Positions 57,890-64,000 of a DNA stretch of 64,000 bases are shown one piece after another. The position numbers and the translations under genes were made by a program. The notes beneath the pieces are model-generated. The model was not told the DNA's origin, searched no databases, and saw only the letters and a program-made list of their open reading frames with translations. The stretch is taken from NCBI GenBank assembly GCA_965204755.1, contig OZ242011.1, positions 1,408,001 through 1,472,000 on the forward strand. Direction: 5' to 3'. The DNA is from Candidatus Marinacidobacterium sp. (GTDB lineage Bacteria; Acidobacteriota; Vicinamibacteria; Marinacidobacterales; Marinacidobacteraceae). The first letter of the stretch is position 1; every line of letters starts with the position of its first letter.

Positions 57890-57930
57890 AAAAGGAATTC
57901 CAAAAACGGACGCTTCCGCGCCGGCCCCGG

Positions 57931-59340
57931 TCAAGAACGCGGCCCCTGCTTCCGCCGCCACCGCGCGCCCCGTCCGTGCCCGGAGGTTTCCGCCAGATCG
58001 AGCGTTCGGAGCGCCTGTAAGTCGTCGCGCACCTGCCGCTCCGTGGCGCCGTTGACGAGGCGCGAAAAGATGTCCCGGAGGGGCGCGCCCGAGGGATGCT
58101 CCTCCAGGATCGCCAGGATCGAGCGCTGCCTTTCGGTCAGGGCCGTTTCGACCCGTTGCGGCGGGACATAACGGCCGGGTCGGAACCGGACGGTTACTGC
58201 GCCGCCGGCCTCTTCGATCTCGGGCCGAGGCAGTCCGGCTTCCTCGGTGAGTCTGGCCATCTTGATCGTGCCGCTGCCCCAAGTCTCGATGATGCCCCGC
58301 CGATAGAAGACTTCGGCGATCAGGGGGTTCCAGGGCCGGGACTGGTGTGGCTCGAACAGCGCTTCGGGCGTGAATCCGAAACGGAGAGGGCCGATCGAAG
58401 TCACTTCCAGTCGGTCGTCGTAGATCCCGATCCCGATGGAACCGCTGACCGTCGCGTAGTCGCGGTGACAGATCGCATTCGCCACGGCTTCCCGGAGCGC
58501 TTCCGGCGGATAGAGCGGTTCGTCCACCCGCGTGAAGCCGACGATCCGGCCGGCGATGGGCAGACTCTCCACGAAGAAGCGCAGGGCGTGGCGGAGCAAG
58601 TAGAAGGCGTTGCCGCGGAATTGCCGGTTGTCGAGGAATTCGTCCGCGCGGCTGGTTCCGCGAAAACGAGCCACCCGAAGGAGGCACTGCGGGTATTCCG
58701 CCGCCACCCGGTCCGAGTCGCGTCCGAACAGCGCGACCGCAGCGCGGCGCAGGCCGTCGTCCGTCAGGAGCCGCAAGCCGCGCAGCACCGCTTCCGGCTC
58801 CCGGTTGTCCGGTTCTTCGAGGCGGCCTCTTCGAACGGCCTCGGTCACCGTGTTAGCGATCTGGTCGGCGTCGAGGTCGGCGACTTCCCATCCCGTCGCC
58901 GGTTCCGTCTCCCAACGCCGGTCGGGATGGAGCCGCTCCATCAACATCCGGTTGTATTCGTCGGAGGACAGCCGGAGATTCGTACTGCCGACCCGGCGGT
59001 ACGCTCGGCCGCGATAGGTGTAGGGACGGGTCGGGCCGGCGCCGGTCGTCACGACGATGACGCTTCGGCCGTTGCCGAGATCCGCTTCGACGATCCCCGG
59101 ATAGGTCGCTGGAGCGATCTGCTGCAACTCCCGCGCGATGTGGTCGAGCGTGTCCTTTCCGACCTCCTGCCCCCGGACGGCTCCTTCCGGCTCCACCCCG
59201 AACAGCACCTGCCCGCCCCGGTGGTTCAACATCGCGCAGACCGCCTCGGCGGCCTCGCGACGCTGGCCCGTCGTTTCCTTGAATTCCAGCGTCTCCGATT
59301 CGCCGCCGGCGGCCAGGCGGGAGATTTCTTCGCGGGTCAT
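57931..59340 (-). CDS. AlbA_2 (Schlafen-like) + HATPase_c_4 + C-terminal wHTH protein
   Basis: GESETLEFKET, CAMLNHRGG.VLFGV, REAVANAICHRDY, NPLIA, IETWGSG, C-terminal HTH GHGRGARW. Confidence 0.9.
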   Translation of the reverse strand: MTREEISRLAAGGESETLEFKETTGQRREAAEAVCAMLNHRGGQVLFGVEPEGAVRGQEVGKDTLDHIARELQQIAPATYPGIVEADLGNGRSVIVVTTGAGPTRPYTYRGRAYRRVGSTNLRLSSDEYNRMLMERLHPDRRWETEPATGWEVADLDADQIANTVTEAVRRGRLEEPDNREPEAVLRGLRLLTDDGLRRAAVALFGRDSDRVAAEYPQCLLRVARFRGTSRADEFLDNRQFRGNAFYLLRHALRFFVESLPIAGRIVGFTRVDEPLYPPEALREAVANAICHRDYATVSGSIGIGIYDDRLEVTSIGPLRFGFTPEALFEPHQSRPWNPLIAEVFYRRGIIETWGSGTIKMARLTEEAGLPRPEIEEAGGAVTVRFRPGRYVPPQRVETALTERQRSILAILEEHPSGAPLRDIFSRLVNGATERQVRDDLQALRTLDLAETSGHGRGARWRRKQGPRS

Positions 59341-59652
59341 CGCGGCTCGAACGGTAGCGGATGGGACAAGAGGCGGTGGTTACGCCTCCGATGCGATGGC
59401 GCTGCGGACGCCCGCGCCGGTCGCGCGCTGCCGAACGGCGTGAACGCCACCGAAACTCCTCGCGGTCCAAGCCGCCGAGTCGGATGGTCGAGCCCCGCCA
59501 CCGGGCCGCCGAGACGCGGGCGGTCCTCTGCGCGGCTGTCGTGGCGACCGCTTCGGCCGCTTCCCCTCCGACAGTCCGCCGAGCGCCGCCGAGCCGGACG
59601 CCGGCCCCGCGCGGCCTACGCTCCGCCGAAGCCCGCACTCCCGGGCCGGGGC

Positions 59653-60045
59653 TCAGCGGAACATCGAGTAGGCGAGCAAGAGCGAGAGGCCCAGAAGCAC
59701 GGCGAGGTACCACCGCTGCCGGGCCCGCCAGACGGCCGCGATCTCTTCGGTGAACCGAACTTCGAGTTCGCGCACGCGGTCATCGAGCCGGTCCAAACGG
59801 CGATCGATCGAGCGCAGTTCGCGCCGGATCTCGTGGAGTTCGCTCCGGATCTCGTGGAGTTCGCTCCTGACGACCCAGTCCGTCGCAGATTCGCGGGGCG
59901 CGGAGCCCAGGAGGATGTCAGCGACGGGCGCCGCCGCTCCGGTTTGCGGAATCGGAGTCCCGGAAGGCGGAGCGGGGCGAGGCGCGGAAGGCTGGTCGGC
60001 GGGCGAGGGAGACGCTTCGGGGATGCGCGAGGTCACGATCTTCAT
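59653..60045 (-). CDS. Small Pro-rich / coiled-coil / C-terminal TM protein, paralog 1
   Basis: Heptads (V/I)RSELHE x2, LRSIDRRLD; QRWYLAV..TM. Shares SIDRRLD..LE..FT..QRW with the next two genes. Confidence 0.7.
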   Translation of the reverse strand: MKIVTSRIPEASPSPADQPSAPRPAPPSGTPIPQTGAAAPVADILLGSAPRESATDWVVRSELHEIRSELHEIRRELRSIDRRLDRLDDRVRELEVRFTEEIAAVWRARQRWYLAVLLGLSLLLAYSMFR

Positions 60046-60174
60046 GCCTCGAGCGTAGTGCGCCGGGCGAGCGGGGGCAACGAGGCAACCGGTCGGGTCA
60101 GCCGGGGAGCCGGGCGTCGAGGCCCCCGCTCCGGCTCCGCCGGCGCAGCGCGGCCCGCTCGCCGGGACGGGTCC

Positions 60175-60729
60175 TCAGCGGAACAGCGACTGCGCGATCA
60201 CCAGCGAGGTCGGGATGATCACCGCCCAGAACCACCGCTGCTGCGACCGCCGGAGTTCCGCGATCTCGCTGCGGACCTCGGTGCGGACATCCTCGATCTC
60301 CTCCCGGAGTTTCGAGATCCCGACCGTGAAGTCCCTGCGGAGTTCCGCGATCTCGAGGGTGAACTTGGCTTCGAGATTGTTGACGCGGTTGTCCATCCCG
60401 TCCAAGCGCTTGTCGATCCCGTCCAAGCGACGGTCGATCGAGTGCAGGTGGTGTCCGATCACCTGGAGCGCGACGGCGACGCTTCCGTCGGGAGCCGGCG
60501 CGAGCGGGCCGGGGGCGGGTGCGAAGGGGCCGGGGGCCGGCGCGCCGGGAAACGGCGTTGCGCCCGCGGGCGGGGCGGGCGGCGCCCCGCCTGCCGAGCG
60601 GGCCGGGGGCGCGGGCGGAGCGTCGGCCGGCGCGGGCTTCTCGCTGCTGTGCTCGGTCACGGTCTCGCGCTGAGCGTAGTCCGCGGAGCGAGGGGCCGCA
60701 ACCGCGGCGCCGGGGGCGGGTTCAGGCAT
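60175..60729 (-). CDS. Pro-rich / coiled-coil / C-terminal TM protein, paralog 2 (DUF1640/CCDC90-like architecture)
   Basis: SD AGGAGG before ATG at 60729; IDRRLDG IDKRLDG MDNRVNN; RRSQQRWFWAVIIP.. Confidence 0.75.
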   Translation of the reverse strand: MPEPAPGAAVAAPRSADYAQRETVTEHSSEKPAPADAPPAPPARSAGGAPPAPPAGATPFPGAPAPGPFAPAPGPLAPAPDGSVAVALQVIGHHLHSIDRRLDGIDKRLDGMDNRVNNLEAKFTLEIAELRRDFTVGISKLREEIEDVRTEVRSEIAELRRSQQRWFWAVIIPTSLVIAQSLFR

Positions 60730-61010
60730 CGTCGTCCTCCTGACGAGTGGCGGGATCGGCTCGCCGACGAGGCGCCGGCGGGCGGAATCCGCGCGTTTCA
60801 CTCGTTTACTGAACGGATGTCCGACGATTTCTGCTCACGAAAGTGCCGCTGAAGGCCCTTTTGCGGATAAGTCGCGTTCCCGCGTCCCGTTTTCCGCCGG
60901 TCGCGACGCCTCCGACTCCCCGCCGGGCGCTCGCGGGTCGCGCCCCCGCCCCTCGATCGTCCCGGGACGGGCCGCCGGGCAAGCCGAGAGTGTCCCCGGG
61001 AGGTCGGTCC

Positions 61011-61155
61011 TCAGCCGATCCGGCGGGCGCGCCACTTCGCCAAGTGGTCGTCCTCGCGTTCCACCAAGGGCTGGAGGTCGCTCTCCGGGCGGCGGGACTC
61101 GATCCGGGCCGCGAGCCGGCGGATCTCCGGGCCCCGGCGGCGAAGGGCGTCGACC
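61011..61155 (-). pseudogene. Remnant of the 3' end of an ABC-ATPase/TOPRIM gene (diverged copy of 62187-62330)
   Basis: LRRRGPEIRRLAARIESRRPESDLQPLVEREDDHLAKWRARRIG* aligns without gaps to LRRQVPEICRLTARLESRRPESGIQPLVDRVDDELEKWRVRQVG*. Confidence 0.85.
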
Positions 61156-61219
61156 CGGTTCACCGACGCCCGGTTGACCGTGTGGATCCGGAAGGTGATC
61201 GCCTCGCCGGGACGGGTCC

Positions 61220-61912
61220 TCAGCGGACCAGCGACTGCGCCATCACCAGCGAGATCGGGATGATCACGACCCAGAACCACCGCTGCTGCGACCGCCGGAG
61301 GTCCGCGGTTTCGGTCCGGACCTCGGTCCGGACCTCGGCGACCTCCGTCCGGAGGTCCCGGATCTCGACCTTGAAGTCCTGGCGGAGGGTCGCGATCTCG
61401 AGGGTGAACTTGGCTTCGAGCCGGTCTATCCGGCCGTCGAGGCGGCGCTCGATCCCGTCCAGACGGTGGTCGATCCCGTGCAGGCGGTGGTCGATCCCGT
61501 CCAGGCGGTTGTCGATCCCGTCCAGACGGTTGTCCATCCCGTCCAGGCGGTTGTCGATCCCGTCCAAGCGGTTGTCGATCCCGTCCAGACGGCGGTCGAT
61601 CGAGCGCAGGTGGTGTCCGATCGCGTGGAGCGCGGCGGCGACGCTTCCGTCGGCGGCAGGCGCGAGCGGGCCGGGGGCGGGCGCGAAGGGGCCGGGGGCC
61701 GGCGCACCGGGGCCGGGGGCCGGCGCGCCGGGGAACGGCGTTCCGCCCGCGGGCGGGGCGGGCGGCGTCCCGGCCGCCGAAAGGGCCGGGGGCGCGGGGG
61801 GAGCGTCGGCCGGCGCGGGCTTCTCGCTGCTGTGTTCGGTCACGGTCTCGCGCTGAGCGTAGTCCGCGGAGCGAGGGGCCGCAACCGCGGCTCCGGGGGC
61901 GGGTTCGGGCAT
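61220..61912 (-). CDS. Pro-rich / coiled-coil / C-terminal TM protein, paralog 3, with 8 heptad repeats
   Basis: SD AGGAGG before ATG at 61912; N-terminus nearly identical to paralog 2; (I/M)D(N/H/R)RLDG-type heptad x8. Confidence 0.78.
   Translation of the reverse strand: MPEPAPGAAVAAPRSADYAQRETVTEHSSEKPAPADAPPAPPALSAAGTPPAPPAGGTPFPGAPAPGPGAPAPGPFAPAPGPLAPAADGSVAAALHAIGHHLRSIDRRLDGIDNRLDGIDNRLDGMDNRLDGIDNRLDGIDHRLHGIDHRLDGIERRLDGRIDRLEAKFTLEIATLRQDFKVEIRDLRTEVAEVRTEVRTETADLRRSQQRWFWVVIIPISLVMAQSLVR
61435..61602 (-). repeat. 21-bp in-frame tandem repeat x8 (heptad IDNRLDG)
   Basis: GTCGATCCCGTCCAG(A/G)CGG(T/C)(T/G) repeated on the + strand. Confidence 0.9.
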
Positions 61913-62186
61913 CGTCGTCCTCCTGACGAGTGGCGGGATCGGCTCGCCGACGAGGCGCCGGCGGACGGAATCCGCGCGATTCACTCGTTTACTGAACGGA
62001 TGTCCGAGAATTTCTGCTCACGAAAGCGCCGCCGGGGGCGCTTTTTCGGATAAGTCGCCTTCCGGCGGCCCGTTTCCGCCGGTCGAGGGGGCCTCGACTC
62101 CCGGGCGGGCGCTCCGAAGTCGCCCCTGCCGGCGATGGTCGCCGGGCGGGCCGCCGGCCGAGGCGGGAGTGTCCCCCGGGAGGTCC

Positions 62187-63749
62187 TCAGCCGACTTGGC
62201 GGACCCGCCACTTTTCCAACTCGTCGTCTACGCGATCCACGAGCGGTTGGATGCCGCTCTCCGGGCGGCGGGACTCGAGTCGGGCGGTGAGTCGGCAGAT
62301 CTCCGGGACCTGGCGGCGAAGCATGTCGGCGAGCGTGCGGAGTTCGCTCTTCGCGATTTCCGCCCGCGTATCGGAAGCGTGCGCATACACCTTCTCGATG
62401 CGGTCCAGGTTCTCGGCGAGTTCCGCCGCGGTCACGCCCAGTTCGGGCGCGACTCCTCCGACTTGGCCGCGAAGAGATTTCCAGACCCATTCCTCCGGGG
62501 CCTCGCCCGGGAGGTAGAGGACCGACGGTTCGGCGCCGGCGGCGGCGCGGATCTTCTCTTCCACGGTCCCGCCGCGCCGGTCGCCGTCCAGGACGAAGAC
62601 GAAACCGGTCAGCCCCCCGAACTTGCCGAATGCAGCGGCGTGGGTCGGGAACTCGTCCGCGCCGGTGTCCCGTCCGATGCGCACGAATTCCCGGCGGATG
62701 TCGTGGCGCGGAAGCACCGTGTCCAGGACGCCGTCGAGCACCGCCTCCGCGGCTTCGTCTTCGCAGAGGAAGTTCAGCGTGAACGAGGATCTCCCGTAGA
62801 GCGCGTTCTGGATGACATCGCGATAGGGAGGAACCACCCGGACGGCGCCGTCCGCTCCGCGGTCCAGGAAGATGCGCGCATAGCGCGGAACGGTGTCCAG
62901 GACGACCGCGCTGTGGGTCGTCACCAGGATCTGGAGGCCGCGCCGGAGCGCCAGCCGCTGCAACTGCAGCATGAGGAGTTGCTGGGCCCAAGGGTGGAGA
63001 CCGGCTTCCACTTCGTCTATGAGCACCAGCGCGTCGTCCAGTTGCGCGATCGCCTGGGCCAAGCGAAAGACGGCGCGTTCTCCGGCGGCCATCTGCAACT
63101 CCGAGTATTGCGCGCCGCCGTTCTGCGTGGCGTAGAGCAGGTTGCGGCCGTCGAGCGACAGGTCCACGACCTCCGAGTAGCGAAACGGCAACATCGTCTG
63201 GGCGAACTCGACCTGCGACGCCGTGAGGGCGGTTTCCGGCGGCGAGGTCTCGGGCCGGGAACGGCGGAGGATGCTCCGCACCTCCGAAGGATCGGTGAGG
63301 TTGGCGAGAGTGCGCAGGTACACCGGACGGCTCGGCTGCTTCGCGCCCCGTCGGCCGAAGAAACTGCGGTTCCAGCCCTTGGCGAAGCGCCATCGCATCG
63401 ACAGGCTTCCGTCGGGCGTGGAGTAGTCGTACTCGATCACGATCTCGCCCTGCGCGTCTGCGCGCTCCCCGACCTCGGGGCGATAGGCCGGGAAAAGCGA
63501 CGACGGGACGAACTCCCGCAGCGCGGCGTCCGGAACCCGGTACGCGGCGGCCGCGGCGGACAGCACCGTGGACTTGCCGGTGGCGTTACCTCCCGCGATG
63601 ACGGTCACCGGGTACGGGAAAGTGACGCGGAGATCGGTGATGCCGTGGATCCCCGCGAGACGCACTTCGTGGAGGTAATACCGATAATGCGGCGTCTTTC
63701 CCTGAAGGGCGTCCCACAGGTCGAAATGAGCCCGACCGGACACCGACAT
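62187..63749 (-). CDS. ABC-type (AAA_21/OLD-like) ATPase with a C-terminal TOPRIM-like domain
   Basis: Walker A GGNATGKST, signature-like MAAGE, Walker B LIDEVEAGLHP, H-loop VTTHS, then FLCED and VLDGD (TOPRIM E and DxD). Confidence 0.85.
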   Translation of the reverse strand: MSVSGRAHFDLWDALQGKTPHYRYYLHEVRLAGIHGITDLRVTFPYPVTVIAGGNATGKSTVLSAAAAAYRVPDAALREFVPSSLFPAYRPEVGERADAQGEIVIEYDYSTPDGSLSMRWRFAKGWNRSFFGRRGAKQPSRPVYLRTLANLTDPSEVRSILRRSRPETSPPETALTASQVEFAQTMLPFRYSEVVDLSLDGRNLLYATQNGGAQYSELQMAAGERAVFRLAQAIAQLDDALVLIDEVEAGLHPWAQQLLMLQLQRLALRRGLQILVTTHSAVVLDTVPRYARIFLDRGADGAVRVVPPYRDVIQNALYGRSSFTLNFLCEDEAAEAVLDGVLDTVLPRHDIRREFVRIGRDTGADEFPTHAAAFGKFGGLTGFVFVLDGDRRGGTVEEKIRAAAGAEPSVLYLPGEAPEEWVWKSLRGQVGGVAPELGVTAAELAENLDRIEKVYAHASDTRAEIAKSELRTLADMLRRQVPEICRLTARLESRRPESGIQPLVDRVDDELEKWRVRQVG

Positions 63750-63778
63750 TCACCCCGTCCGCGACCGCGGGACGAAGT

Positions 63779-64000
63779 TCACTCCGTGGGCGGGAGATCT
63801 TCGAGCAGGTCCTCCCGGTAAGGAAAGAGCGCCGGGGTTCCTCCGGTATGGACGAACACCACGGTGTCCTCCGGGCCGAGGACGCCGCTCTCCACGAGAT
63901 GGACGAGTCCGGTCATCGCTTTCCCGGTGTACACGGGATCGAGGAGGATGCCTTCGGTCCGCGCGACTCGCGCGATCGCCGCGACGATCTTCTCGTTGAC
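63779..64000 (-). CDS. D-cysteine desulfhydrase/ACC deaminase family PLP enzyme, 3' end only
   Basis: ARTEGILLDPVYTGKAM..VVFVHTGGTPALF; TGA at 63779-63781. Confidence 0.88.
   Translation of the reverse strand, partial: VNEKIVAAIARVARTEGILLDPVYTGKAMTGLVHLVESGVLGPEDTVVFVHTGGTPALFPYREDLLEDLPPTE

Noticed and set aside
60737-60810. Leader hairpins as integron attC sites (AAC...GTCAGGA)
   Set aside because: The core is GTC rather than GTT, the R boxes do not pair, the would-be unpaired spacer is fully paired, and no integrase is in the window.
61011-61280. 89-aa ORF as an independent gene
   Set aside because: Its 5' part overlaps paralog 3 out of frame and its 3' part is the duplicated ATPase tail; treated as a remnant.
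206-63821. Numerous long antisense or alternate-frame ORFs (e.g. 4848-7565 +, 33010-35754 -, 38634-42782 +, 58096-60852 +)
   Set aside because: Shadow ORFs expected in very GC-rich DNA. They are Arg/Pro/Gly-rich and overlap genes with clear family motifs.

Overview
Very GC-rich bacterial DNA from a diderm organism. Gene content (futalosine pathway, CRTAC1/ASPIC protein, Oar-type TonB receptor, FN3 lipoprotein) suggests Acidobacteriota, possibly host- or sponge-associated; this is inference only. Left end (1-8.7 kb) is accessory: a LanC lanthionine cyclase running off the edge, a 102-aa lanthipeptide precursor (LxLxRx5L leader, 9 Cys and 10 Ser/Thr in the core), an IS21 element plus a second orphan IS21-like end, a Cys-rich FN3 lipoprotein and a VapBC-like pair. 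Core (8.7-47.5 kb): yebC-ruvC-ruvA-[membrane MutS-like ATPase]-ruvB-queA, an SbnI/SerK-like ParB-fold kinase, an AlbA_2 protein, a liv-type ABC transporter, a histone H1-like KKA(T/A)R-repeat protein, futalosine menaquinone genes, CBS protein-tilS-ftsH-cdaA-cdaR-lepB, and yggS, dinG, glyA, UbiA, DUF92, lptD and nfuA. An envelope cluster follows at 47.5-57.6 kb (CRTAC1, TPR, TonB receptor, NHL/PAL-like lipoprotein, 7-heme cytochrome c-TPR). The right-end island (57.6-63.7 kb) has an ABC-ATPase/TOPRIM gene, three paralogous membrane-anchored coiled-coil genes with variable heptad repeats, and a second AlbA_2 gene. A ~225-bp structured MITE-like repeat occurs three times. No rRNA, tRNA or CRISPR array was seen. 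All calls come from motif recognition by eye; no database searches were run.
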